Part shown: piece by piece, positions 28,333 through 38,935 of the stretch
Position numbering within the stretch: the first letter of the stretch is position 1
How the letters are laid out: each line of letters starts with the position of its first letter
Source: an uncultured Rivularia sp.
GTDB lineage: Bacteria > Cyanobacteriota > Cyanobacteriia > Cyanobacteriales > Nostocaceae
NCBI GenBank assembly: GCA_963665115.1
Contig: OY762007.1
Location: 4,320,001-4,384,000, forward strand
Length of the DNA stretch: 64,000 nucleotides
Direction of reading: 5' to 3'
The notes under the pieces: generated by a model
The model's database searches: none
What the model was told of the DNA's origin: nothing
Seen by the model: the letters and a program-made list of their open reading frames with translations, nothing else
Position numbers and translations under genes: made by a program

Positions 28333-31300
28333 TTAAGCCGCTTGAAGATTGCCGACAGTAGACTGTTTACTAATAAAAGTCCGAACCGTATTTTCTGCAT
28401 CCCAAGGGTCGGTAATTTCAATAAAATTCCACCGACCAAAACCACCGTGCTGATTAATTGCAGGTATCCAAAGATTACGAGTAGTTGCAACCTTAATTGC
28501 TTTGTCTGTTCTTGCTTCTCCAGATACTTCTACAATTAAATTCAACAAGTCACCTTGATCGTCATCAACTTTCACAATGAAATCAGGCATATAGTTCTTT
28601 TGTTGACCTTTCAAGGTATAGGGAATTAAGAAACCAACTCCTTGATTCTTGACATAACAAACTACTTCTTCCATGTCTTCTAATACCTGTGCCATCTTCT
28701 GTTCCCAACTATTAGTATCAGCAACAACATGAGAAATATGGCATTTATGAAGGTCGGTAATATAAGTTGGACGAGCGGTACTAAAGTCTACGTAACGAGT
28801 AGACCCCATCGGGTCATAAGGACGTAAAATCGGTTTTAAAGATTTTTCTTTTTCACCAGCAACTATAGCTTGATAAATACAATCTGAAGCATCATGGGCA
28901 AATTCATTTAACAGTAATAATTGGGAATATGTTCCAGATTTATAGGTAACGCATTCTTTTATCCATTGCTTAGCTATCTGTAATACTTGAGGGAATAACC
29001 AAACTTGTACCTCAGAATCATCAAGAGAATAATTTTCTAGCTTTTCCTGCTTTTGAGTACCGTCTTGACGAAAATATTTCTCTAAAGTTAATTTCGCTAA
29101 TAAAAAAGCGACTTCTTGTTCTCTGCGTGTTTTCAAGTCATCCAGAGTATGAATACTTGATTTACCAATAATTGGAGCATTTTCGGTTTTGGTAGGTAAA
29201 TTGTCTGTAGACAAAGAATATTTACAACCAGGTTTATTAAAATCTGGTGTCAGTTTTTGGCTCTTTATTTCGTAACGGTAGCCCAACAACCGAGGGAAAG
29301 TTATCTCATAATCAATTCGTTCTGGAAGTGCGCGGACGCGGGTAGGTAATGCTCCTCGTTTTGGTTGTTTATTAGAACCTGCACAAGGAATAAAGGCAAA
29401 GGGAACACCGTAGACTTCCGCATACTCTGGGGTAAAAGACTCAATTTCAATACTCTTACCATTGACGTTAATTTGATTAACGGTAGGAGTATAACTAATG
29501 CGTCTTAAACCTCTTCCTACAACTTGTTCGCATAAAAGCTGAGTACCAAATGCTCTCACCCCTAAAATGTGGGTAACTGTATTAGCATCCCAACCTTCGG
29601 TCAGCATCGAAACTGAAACAACACAACGAATATGTTCGCCTAATTTACCGGATTTACCAACAGTGTTTAACACCTCACGTAACAAGTCTTCATTGGTAAT
29701 TTTATCCGGGTCTTGACCTGGGTATCTTACCCGATAATCAGCTTTAAACTCTTCTATCTCCCGCGCAGCTAATTTCTTAAACTCATCACTCATAGCTTCC
29801 CCAGACTCTAACTGCTTGCTATCTACCAAAATCGTGTTAGGTTTAGCCGTCCAATTGCCATCTTTGACATTGTTAAATAAAGTTAATTGTCCAGGAGCTA
29901 AAACAGGTCTTTTATCTGGGTAAACTTTACCAGTATCCCAACCAGAGATATAGTCATAAACCATCTTGGAAACACTGGTATTGTTGCAAACTAAGATAAA
30001 CACCGGGGGTGTTAATCCCTTACTCTGTGCATCAGTATTTTCCAACCACTGATGATATTCCTTTTCGTAGTTACCATATAACGTCCTCAATGCTCCTTCT
30101 AATTCTTTAGGTAACTTAGGCTCTGGTGTAGATGGCTCGCTTTCTTTCTTACTTCTCCCCTTTTTGGGTAAATGGTCGCGAATCAAATTCCAAATATTGC
30201 GATAAGTAGGCAATTCACCCTTCATACTATCGTCGGAAACTGGTACGCGGGGAATTTTAACAATACCTGATTCAATAGCATCAATTAAAGAAAAATCAGA
30301 TACTACCCAAGGAAATAACGTTCCTTCCTTGTAACCAGAACCCTTCAAGAAAAATGGAGTCGCAGAAAGGTCATAAACTACCTTTACCCCCAACTTCTGT
30401 TGTATTGCTTCTAACCCAGAAATCCAGATTCTAGCTTCCTCTTCATTCTTCTTAGCTTCTTTTAAATCATCACCTTTATATTTTTCTTCATCACCACCAA
30501 CACGACGACGGTAACAGTGGTGTGCTTCATCATTAATGACAATAATATTTTTCTTTTTCCCCAGTCCCCGACATACCCTATTAACCATTTGGGATGGGGT
30601 TTCTGTAAATGGACTTTCCTTATCTTTAATTAAAATACTTTTAGTTAATTTACCAACATTAGTATGTTCTCTTAATTGAAAAGCATGATAGTTAGTGATA
30701 ATAATCTTGGCTTTCTCTAAATCTGGCAATAAATCAGCAGGAACTAAATCTAACTTCTTATAATAATTTTCTGGGTCATTAGGCTGAATTACACGCAGGC
30801 GATCGCGAATTGTAATCCCTGGTGCTACGACTAAAAAAGTATCGCTAAACTCTCGACGTTGCGGGTTAGCAATTTTATTCAGCGAATGCCAAGCAATCAG
30901 CATCGACATCAAAACTGTTTTACCAGTACCAGTTGCCATCTTCAACGCTTGACGAAATAGCAACGGGTTAGCATCATCTTTAAATTTGTTCAGATTATTT
31001 TCAATCCAGGTATCCCCAGACTTTCTTGCCACTTCAGCTATGTAAATAGCTGTTTCTAAAGCCTCAATCTGACAAAAGAATAACCGTCTTTCTCGCTCTG
31101 GATTTGTCCAATGCTCTAATAATCGCCGCGTTATTGGTGTGATATTTACTTCACTCCGATAACCACCACGTCGCCACAATGAAACGCGATCGCGAATGTC
31201 GTTAATAAATTTATTTTCCTCTATTTGGTCTTGCGTCCATGAACCAAAGTCAAGCTCTAGCTGCTTATCTTTTTTCTTAGGCTGGGCAATAGGAATAAAA

Positions 31301-31425
31301 TATTGGCTTTTACGCCTTTGTTCAATAATATCATTAGTAATACCATCATCACCAAAGCGAAAATGCCGTTGAGGTTCAGTAAATGGCGAATTAATAATTG
31401 GGTTTTCAATAATGACCTGTTCCAC
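28333..31425 (-). CDS. res: Type III restriction endonuclease/helicase (BPTD_3080-like Res)
   Basis: MATGTGKT, DEAHHCY, SAT, MLTEGWD, PD...E nuclease C-terminus; likely GTG start at 31425. Confidence 0.92.
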   Translation of the reverse strand: MEQVIIENPIINSPFTEPQRHFRFGDDGITNDIIEQRRKSQYFIPIAQPKKKDKQLELDFGSWTQDQIEENKFINDIRDRVSLWRRGGYRSEVNITPITRRLLEHWTNPERERRLFFCQIEALETAIYIAEVARKSGDTWIENNLNKFKDDANPLLFRQALKMATGTGKTVLMSMLIAWHSLNKIANPQRREFSDTFLVVAPGITIRDRLRVIQPNDPENYYKKLDLVPADLLPDLEKAKIIITNYHAFQLREHTNVGKLTKSILIKDKESPFTETPSQMVNRVCRGLGKKKNIIVINDEAHHCYRRRVGGDEEKYKGDDLKEAKKNEEEARIWISGLEAIQQKLGVKVVYDLSATPFFLKGSGYKEGTLFPWVVSDFSLIDAIESGIVKIPRVPVSDDSMKGELPTYRNIWNLIRDHLPKKGRSKKESEPSTPEPKLPKELEGALRTLYGNYEKEYHQWLENTDAQSKGLTPPVFILVCNNTSVSKMVYDYISGWDTGKVYPDKRPVLAPGQLTLFNNVKDGNWTAKPNTILVDSKQLESGEAMSDEFKKLAAREIEEFKADYRVRYPGQDPDKITNEDLLREVLNTVGKSGKLGEHIRCVVSVSMLTEGWDANTVTHILGVRAFGTQLLCEQVVGRGLRRISYTPTVNQINVNGKSIEIESFTPEYAEVYGVPFAFIPCAGSNKQPKRGALPTRVRALPERIDYEITFPRLLGYRYEIKSQKLTPDFNKPGCKYSLSTDNLPTKTENAPIIGKSSIHTLDDLKTRREQEVAFLLAKLTLEKYFRQDGTQKQEKLENYSLDDSEVQVWLFPQVLQIAKQWIKECVTYKSGTYSQLLLLNEFAHDASDCIYQAIVAGEKEKSLKPILRPYDPMGSTRYVDFSTARPTYITDLHKCHISHVVADTNSWEQKMAQVLEDMEEVVCYVKNQGVGFLIPYTLKGQQKNYMPDFIVKVDDDQGDLLNLIVEVSGEARTDKAIKVATTRNLWIPAINQHGGFGRWNFIEITDPWDAENTVRTFISKQSTVGNLQAA

Positions 31426-32190
31426 CGACCTATACCTTAAAAACAGCACATCAAAGCTGCGACTAATAGGTAAAATAAGGCGCAAAAATACGGCTAAATT
31501 TTATCAGTAATCGCAATATTATATCTGCGTAAGAAAAACTTACTTAGAGCTATATCTATCCAGTAACTTTTAAATATCCTTACCCAATTCGCAAATTTTT
31601 TTTTAAAATGAGCTTGATGGGTTTGGCTAGTCACATGGTATCAACTATAGTATCCGGAATTTTTTATACTGTCATGCTGTTGATTATACAGATAGAGGCT
31701 AAATTTATGAAATTATAGGTATTGCAGAAGATATTTTTGTAAAAAATTTATAAAGCAGTCTTATGTCAAGAATAATTTGCCAAAAAAGGCATTGCAAAAA
31801 ATCAGTATTTCTAAAGTTGTTCTTAAAAATTAAATCTAATAATAAATATATTAAATATACAGCTTTTGCACTCCGTAAGTTCCTCAGTATTCTTAAGTGC
31901 TATCCCCTAAAATTTAAAACAGTTTTAGTTTTAATTAAATTTAATCGTCGAAATCAAGATTTTGGAGTTGTGTAAATAATTTGTATTAGTACAGTTACAC
32001 TAATAAGGGTTATTTTCAACCCTCGTGTAATAGCGAACCGGAAGAATTAAAATAAATTATTCATATATCCACCAACATCAGAAATTTTAGAGCTATTCCC
32101 AAGTCAATAATGTAGAACTACAAAATATTGTCAATGAGTGTTGGTGAATTACAACTTTGGAAATTGTACTAACAATCAGAATATTTACGC

Positions 32191-32999
32191 TTATTCGATG
32201 AGTGAGTAGAGGTAAAGTACTCGCTCCCAAACAATTTGAGCAAGCCGTACATCTAAACAATTTCCAAGGGCTGCTCGACGAGTGCGAGTAATTCCGTTGC
32301 CGCTCGGTGTTCCTGTGGGGATGTCCATCTGATTGGCAGCCCGAACTGTAGTTCTAGCCATTCTGGATTGAACACTTGCTTCTTGCCAATTAACCCCAAT
32401 TTCTTGGCTTTGGCTTCTGACGCGGGTATTTCCAGGAGGGTCGTCCTTTTCCACTCCAACTCAAAGCTCCTGGACGCGGCAACGAGCAAGAGCCTTTCTC
32501 CCGACCATTTAGTTCCAAACCTCGATGTTCCGACAACAATCCATTCCGAATCATACCCACATTCATAAAGCTGCTGGAGCATCTGTTGAAAATATGATCC
32601 GGGTTTGTCTCCTGGGTATTGGGGAGCCGACAATAATCCGGGTACATTTTCGAGACAGAAGAATTTGGGTTGGATTCTAGCAACAAGTCGCAAAACTGCG
32701 GGAATACAGTCTCGTTCATCGGCTCCTCCCCTTCGATGCCCTTCAATGCTAAACGGTTGACATGGTGGTGATGCGGTAATCGTGTCGATTTCTCCCTTGT
32801 GAATTCGGAGGTCGCGCACCGAGTTGTAGATTGGCACACCGGGGAATCGTTTTTGCAAGATTTCTTTACAAAACGAGTCGATTTCACAGAGTCCGCATAG
32901 TTGGACTTTTCCTGTGATAATTCCCGAGAGGGGGAAACCGGCTCCAACTCCGCTGCACAAGTCAAGCACTCGGAGTTTTCTTGTTCCCATTTCTCCCAT
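32191..32999 (-). CDS. C5 DNA methyltransferase alpha chain (motifs I-VIII and X); frameshift near 32420-32440
   Basis: DLCSGVG, SPPCQPFS and ENV in one frame; RRAALGNCL (motif X) in ORF 32191-32454. Confidence 0.8.
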
Positions 33000-33157
33000 G
33001 CCTCCTCGTATTCAGCTAAGGTGTCATAATCATCCGGTTCTGGTGGTTCAATACTGTCATCCCAAAAAATCAAAGGATTTCCATCCGAGTCAAGTTTACG
33101 CGGCATTTCTCCAAAATGCGCCGGATTCCAACGGTCAGACTGAGAAATTTCTTTCAC
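32253..33157 (-). CDS. Overlapping alternative-frame methyltransferase beta chain (motif IX-like); same frameshift
   Basis: 255-aa ORF overlapping the alpha chain; continues into FNPEWLELQFGLPIRWT after the same net shift. Confidence 0.65.
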
Positions 33158-33211
33158 TCCTGTTCTCCCATCTGTATTTGTTATGAAACTTTTGCACCCA
33201 TTTAAACTTGT

Positions 33212-34849
33212 TTAGTTAGCCGAGCAAGATATATTTTCTCGCCATTTACGAAGCTGGTGATATATTTCAATCTCGTGGAAGGCTCGGTTTTCCCATATTA
33301 ACGTACCTGGAAGCTTGATCTTATATACCCCATTCGCTATCTCCTTATACTCCTCTATTACACCCTCTTTCTTAGCCTTATTTAATACCCTGATACTATC
33401 CGGAGTAATATCAATCACCCTCCGCTTTTGCTCCTTAGAAAGCGTATTCCAAGCTTGTTCCTTAATTTCTGGGTATTGGCTAAATATGTTTCTAATATCT
33501 TCCCAATCTCCGTGTATTAAAACATCGATTCCCTTGTCAAGTGGTGTCGGCTCCAACTCTGAATCCGATTCTTCTGGCTCCTCTAAATATTGTTCTTCTA
33601 CTTCTTCAGCACTTGTATAAAACCTAGACCTAGTTGTTTCTTTAACTACTTCCAACTCAGTCCAATGAAAATAATGATTGAATCCATCAATCTTGACCAA
33701 AATGGGATTAATATTCTCGCCATTTAATCCGATTACCTTACCTTGTTTATTTTGAAGATTCCCTGTCTTTATTTCTACCGTAGCGGGTATGTCGAAGCCC
33801 ATCGATACCAGAGCATCGTTACGAACATCGGTGTCTACCCATGCTAACTCTTGCTCAAAGTTGTGGTAATTTGCAAGAGTCGCACCCCAAGTTTCTCTCC
33901 ATTGTGGATTGTGGTTAAAAGCATAATTAGAAAGATGCTTGAGCGATGTTGTATCATGCCGAACTATATTCGATATGGCATCCCATCTTTTATCTTGAGG
34001 AACTGCTGCTTCCCAACGTTGGCAATTCTCTACTATCAATTGACCACAATTGGGACTGATTCTACCAATTTCAATGACCGAGGTGATTAGTTGCTCTGAT
34101 AATTCTTCCCATTTCTGCTCGACTGTTTGAGTTGTGCCGGTTGGTGGGGTTTGTTGATTATAACTGTCGTCCACTTCTTGAGTGCTATTTTCTTCTATAT
34201 CATCTACATTTTTGTCAGCACTGTCAACAACTTCATCAAGCTCTTCTGCTTCTGTGACTTTTCGATATAAATCAGCGATCGCACTTCTAATGATATCTTG
34301 AGGTATTAGCCCGAAATTATCCATCAATTTCTGAGTTAATAAGCCCGTTTGTTCGTCAAATTCATACATAGGTGGGAATTGTGCGTAGCGCTCCCCTCTA
34401 CAATTTCTGCGCCATATAGAAGGCTTACTTGGTAGTGCTGACTCTCTTTCCTTTTTAAGTTGTGCTTGCCTTTCCTTAATTAGTGAATCTACGTAAGCAC
34501 AAGTTAAATCCTCTTCGACTTCAGATAGCTGCTCAATTATTGGCTGATATTTTTCCGAACACAATCTTAGTAGCTTTGTCACGGGTAATTGAATTAGAGC
34601 ATTGGGACGATATGCGAAATCTTGAAAATTCTCTGCTAGTTTGAGCGCTCGTTTCTCTTCTGTGCTGCCTTTATCCCAGGCGTAATCATCGAGCAGTTCT
34701 CGATATTCCTTCTTACTGTAAGACCTCTTGTACTCCCACAACAAGAAACTAGCATGAAGGTATTCTACGGTGCTTGTTTCAAGATGCTTTACGGGTGAGG
34801 CATCTATGTTGTGAGTCTCTTGATACGTTGATTTTTCAACTAATTGCAT
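33212..34849 (-). CDS. Hypothetical 545-aa protein with a KOW-like segment
   Basis: Long ORF; TVEIKTGNLQNKQGKVIG. Confidence 0.7.
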   Translation of the reverse strand: MQLVEKSTYQETHNIDASPVKHLETSTVEYLHASFLLWEYKRSYSKKEYRELLDDYAWDKGSTEEKRALKLAENFQDFAYRPNALIQLPVTKLLRLCSEKYQPIIEQLSEVEEDLTCAYVDSLIKERQAQLKKERESALPSKPSIWRRNCRGERYAQFPPMYEFDEQTGLLTQKLMDNFGLIPQDIIRSAIADLYRKVTEAEELDEVVDSADKNVDDIEENSTQEVDDSYNQQTPPTGTTQTVEQKWEELSEQLITSVIEIGRISPNCGQLIVENCQRWEAAVPQDKRWDAISNIVRHDTTSLKHLSNYAFNHNPQWRETWGATLANYHNFEQELAWVDTDVRNDALVSMGFDIPATVEIKTGNLQNKQGKVIGLNGENINPILVKIDGFNHYFHWTELEVVKETTRSRFYTSAEEVEEQYLEEPEESDSELEPTPLDKGIDVLIHGDWEDIRNIFSQYPEIKEQAWNTLSKEQKRRVIDITPDSIRVLNKAKKEGVIEEYKEIANGVYKIKLPGTLIWENRAFHEIEIYHQLRKWRENISCSAN

Positions 34850-34926
34850 GATATTATGTCAGCTCGTTTTATTTGACTTTGGTCTTCTTTCAAGACCAAT
34901 TTTTATTTATTCGACTAAATAGAATA

Positions 34927-35553
34927 CTAAGCAGCACTTTGCTTTGTGATACTCTGCTGCTCCCTTTTGCGATGTGCTGCGAGTGCATATGCCAAAGTAT
35001 GTTGGTGATATAAAGGCATCTTCGGAAGTTCGATGTCTCTTCCCCATTCGTATATTGTGCGTTTGGATATTTTTAAGGTTTCAGATAGTAAGGTGAGGTA
35101 TTGTCCCCGAAATTTGGTAGAAGTTACTATTTTTAATTTTTCACTATGCGATAACCCCCTTAAAAGTGTCTCTTCGATGAACTGCATTGCGGCTATTCTT
35201 GGCGCTGTGTAATCACGGCAAGCGATTCTCCTCAATTCGTCTGGGGATAGAGCAATCTGTGCGTAACTACAAGTTTTTCTCGCGTGTTGTGGCATACCTT
35301 CAAAATTTGGATTATCACCCCACTCCCTCACTGTCTTTTTTTGCATCCCTAACAATTTGGAAATCAGGTTCATGCATCTTGTACTATATCCGAACCTAAT
35401 TTCCTCATCTATTATTGCTTCGGGCATTAATTTGTCTATGCCGAAGCAATAACGTAGAAATTCTCTAGGCTCTATGCTTTCGGTTGGTAGGTGTTGGAAA
35501 ATTTGGTAGTTTTGCATTTTTTTACTCATTACAGTTTTACGAATAATTTGCAA
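34927..35553 (-). CDS. Putative DNA-binding protein with two internal repeats
   Basis: LGMQKKTVREWG..MP and LKISKRTIYEWG..MP; divergent from the HTH regulator. Confidence 0.7.
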   Translation of the reverse strand: MQIIRKTVMSKKMQNYQIFQHLPTESIEPREFLRYCFGIDKLMPEAIIDEEIRFGYSTRCMNLISKLLGMQKKTVREWGDNPNFEGMPQHARKTCSYAQIALSPDELRRIACRDYTAPRIAAMQFIEETLLRGLSHSEKLKIVTSTKFRGQYLTLLSETLKISKRTIYEWGRDIELPKMPLYHQHTLAYALAAHRKREQQSITKQSAA

Positions 35554-35677
35554 CTAATTAGATATTAATACTGTATTGCATAAAACACCATACAATTTTG
35601 TAAATATATGTTCCAGGCATTAGTTTGTAAACTCTTGAAATGCCTGTGGTATCTTTAAAGTAAACGTAGATTAATTT

Positions 35678-36338
35678 ATGTCAAGTGGTGATAACGAACG
35701 CAGACAACGGCTTTCCGTTTTATGTAAGCGACTTCGTGGTAATGAGTCGCTGCGTTCGTTTACCAAAAAGCGGAGTCATGAGCTTAAAGGTATTAGTCAT
35801 GCTTCTTGGAGTTCTTGGGAAAGCAAGAGAGCAGGACTTAGTACGGACTCTTTGGATCGGTTGGCAAGTTTTATTGGTTGTTCGCATCAATCTCTTTTCG
35901 CGTACTTAGACGGCTCCATAACTTTAAGAGAATTGCTTCAACCAACTTCAACGAGTGATATTAAGGTAAACAAGGACTCGCTTTCGGCTCTTTCTCCAGA
36001 TGCCGCTGCTGTATGGATGAAGTCGCTTTCCCTAAAAGACAAATTGCTTGTTGCTTCTCAAGGCTTTCAATTATTCCAAGATCAACTTGACGAGCTTGTT
36101 GAACAAAAAGCCAAAGAATTAGTTGAGCAAGAAGCTCAAGAAACTCATCACTAAAAGAGCTAAAGAGCTAGTTGAAAAAGAACGATTAGAACCAATTGAG
36201 CAAAAAGTCAAATTACTGATAAATTTACTATCTGCCGATGATTATCCCCCATTATCTGAGATTACAAGAGTAGCAGATAAATTAAATTTAAAAATTGAGG
36301 ACTTGATTGAATTATGCAATCGTATTTACGAGGGATAG
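35678..36338 (+). CDS. XRE-like HTH regulator, copy 1 (+1 frameshift at 36141-36143)
   Basis: SLRSF...GISHASWSSWE...LDRLASFIG; the two ORF parts together align with copy 2. Confidence 0.75.
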
Positions 36339-36674
36339 CAAGCAATTTGGGCATGGTAATTGATATTTCTCTACGGAGATTATATCCAGCAGGAAATCTC
36401 CGGGTGGAATACGGTTCCTCAGTTGTTAGAGTGCTAATTTCTAAGCAATAACCTAGAAATCACTGCATTTTCTAGCTTGATGCGATGGGTGACGTAAAAT
36501 TTCGTATTTTTGCATTTTTATCAAGAGTCGATTTTTACGGTTAATTTGCTATTGATTAGATATTAATACTTTTTGGTTTGAAAGGCAACACAAATAGTGA
36601 TGTCTTTTCACATATTTTTAGTTAGAAACTCTTGAAAGGCTTGTGGTATCTTGGAAAAAAAAGTAAATTCGTTT

Positions 36675-37280
36675 ATGCCAAGCGGTGATGATGAACGCAA
36701 GCTACGCCTCTCTATTTTGTGTAAGCGACTTCGTGGTGAAGAGTCGCTACGTGCGTTCACCAAAAAGCGAAGCCAAGAACTTGGAGGTATTAGCTACGCC
36801 GCTTGGGGCGTTTGGGAAAGGGCACAAGGAGATTTGAGTAGTGCTTCTTTAGCTAGGTTGGTAAATTTTCTTGGTTGTTCCTACCAATCTTTTTATGCAT
36901 ACTTAGATGGCTTCATCACTTTGGAGGAGTTAATTCAACCAACTTCAACTTCGGATGTTGAATCAAGCAAGCAATTAGATTTTTCTCCCGATGCAGCTAC
37001 TGTATGGATAAAGTCGCTAGCTCCCGAGGAGCAACTATTTATACTATCTCAAGGTTTTCAAGCGTTTCAGGAACAACTAAATAAGCTTGTTGAACAAAAA
37101 GCCAAGCAATTATTTGAGCAAGAAGCTCAAGAATTGATAAGTTTGCTATCTGGTGATGATTATCCTCGTTTTTCTGAGATTGCAAGAGTCGCAGATAAAT
37201 TCAATTTAAAAACTGAAGACTTAATGGAATTATGTAGTCGTATTTACTCAAGGAGCAAAGAATACGGACATGGTAATTAA
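36675..37280 (+). CDS. XRE-like HTH regulator, copy 2
   Basis: SLRAF...GISYAAWGVWE...LARLVNFLG. Confidence 0.8.
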   Translation: MPSGDDERKLRLSILCKRLRGEESLRAFTKKRSQELGGISYAAWGVWERAQGDLSSASLARLVNFLGCSYQSFYAYLDGFITLEELIQPTSTSDVESSKQLDFSPDAATVWIKSLAPEEQLFILSQGFQAFQEQLNKLVEQKAKQLFEQEAQELISLLSGDDYPRFSEIARVADKFNLKTEDLMELCSRIYSRSKEYGHGN

Positions 37281-37603
37281 TATTCCTCTGCGGGGATTAT
37301 ATCCGGCACGAAATCTCCGTTTGAACACTATTACTTTAGGTACGAGCCTCTAAGCATACTAATAAGTTAAATGCTTTCATAGTGCTAATGACTATATTAA
37401 ACAAAATAATTGTGTAATTTAATCGGTAATATTCTTATTAACCAAAAACCATAAACTTTAAGTTTATTCACTATCTTACTTGTAACACTTTTAATTTTGT
37501 GTCTAAATTGATCATGTAAATTGAAGCGCAAGTGCAATTCAATTATATTTGAGTTTTAATTGCACCTCATTGATAGTTGAAAAGCAATCTAACTAAAGAA
37601 GGC

Positions 37604-37996
37604 ATGAAAAATATTCAGCTACTTTATACCCAAAGTACATTAGCTAAACGGTGTAAAGTTAGCCTTCAAACAATTAAAAACTGGTGTTTGTGGGCTGGAC
37701 TTACACCACCGAAAAAAGCAACCTATTTCAGTTGTGATGAATTAGAAGCCTTAGCTGACTTTTATATCGCCTACAAATTTCTGCGCGTACAGCAAGATGC
37801 TTACATAGATACTGTTTTAGGTATGGGTGGCTTAAAAAAGTATATTACCTCAGTACGCCGTATGAGCTTACATCAATTCGTTACGGAGTTTTTAACGATA
37901 GAAGAAAAAGCTAACTTTTTAGTGCAAATTTTAGTTGATAAATTAGAAGAGGAAATTGAAGATGATGAATTTAACTTTGGTGGCACAGCAGCTTGA
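37604..37996 (+). CDS. MerR/excisionase-like HTH protein
   Basis: TQSTLAKRCKVSLQTIKNWC...GLTPP. Confidence 0.6.
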   Translation: MKNIQLLYTQSTLAKRCKVSLQTIKNWCLWAGLTPPKKATYFSCDELEALADFYIAYKFLRVQQDAYIDTVLGMGGLKKYITSVRRMSLHQFVTEFLTIEEKANFLVQILVDKLEEEIEDDEFNFGGTAA

Positions 37997-38591
37997 AATT
38001 CCCTTAGAGCAACTCAAATCAATTTGTCAGGTATTGAAAATTGAAATTGTTAAAAACGCAATTACGCCAAATGAGAAAGAAAAGATTCAAGAGTTTATCA
38101 GAGCGTGTAAAAACCAAGAAATAACCATAGAACAAGGACTATTAGAGCTACAAGAATTATCTCTTGAAGCCAAAACTCAACAAAAAGCTTTAGGCGAAAG
38201 ATTCAACTTAGGCGAATTTTTCAAGCAACGTATCGGCACCTCCCCAGAAGAATTAAATCCTGGCAGCTACCATTATGATTTATATCAATTACTGTTGAAA
38301 TCCCAATCAATATCTCAAGTTGGTTACGCATTATTTCGAGAAGCTTTTTTACGTCAAACACAGGATTTAATTATGAATGGCACCGAGGAATCATCTATCA
38401 ATCAAAATCAAACAGTTGCTGGTTTTGATAAAGCTTTTGTGAGTATTGAAAATCAATTTGAGCAAAATTTTTTAGGAAATTCAATCAACTGGGAGGAAAA
38501 GCAACATCCGATGTTGAAAGCATCTCAAAAAACAGCGCTACCTTCAACGCAGAAAATCAATACACTAACATCCCCGTCGTCGAAGAAGTAA
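37962..38591 (+). CDS. Hypothetical protein with N-terminal HTH-like segment
   Basis: VAQQLEIPLEQLKSICQVLKI; overlaps the upstream gene. Confidence 0.65.
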   Translation: MMNLTLVAQQLEIPLEQLKSICQVLKIEIVKNAITPNEKEKIQEFIRACKNQEITIEQGLLELQELSLEAKTQQKALGERFNLGEFFKQRIGTSPEELNPGSYHYDLYQLLLKSQSISQVGYALFREAFLRQTQDLIMNGTEESSINQNQTVAGFDKAFVSIENQFEQNFLGNSINWEEKQHPMLKASQKTALPSTQKINTLTSPSSKK

Positions 38592-38608
38592 TTGAGGTAG
38601 TCCCAGAG

Positions 38609-38935
38609 TTGGCAACCGCAACTGTAAAAGCAATCGCACCAACAGTTAATAAAGCTGTAGCTACCGACCGTCGAACCATAGCTGATTTCATGAGGGAAGG
38701 GGGATTTGTTGCAACTACTGCCGCAATCACAACAACAACTACCGTTGCAACAATAGCTGTTTGTGTTACCTCTCCACCAAAACCAGTTTTCTTCAAAATT
38801 ATGCTTGGTGGGATTAGCGGGACTATTTTGGGAGGACTTATTGCAGCACTTATCTTAAGGCACTATAGAAAGGAGGTTTTAAGGAACGATGCTTTCTTCA
38901 CATCAACAGCAGAATCATCAAAACAATCAACTTAG
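38609..38935 (+). CDS. Small membrane protein
   Basis: Hydrophobic segments; start uncertain. Confidence 0.5.
   Translation: MATATVKAIAPTVNKAVATDRRTIADFMREGGFVATTAAITTTTTVATIAVCVTSPPKPVFFKIMLGGISGTILGGLIAALILRHYRKEVLRNDAFFTSTAESSKQST

Noticed and set aside
31763..31975. 70-aa Lys-rich ORF
   Set aside because: Likely a chance ORF in AT-rich intergenic DNA
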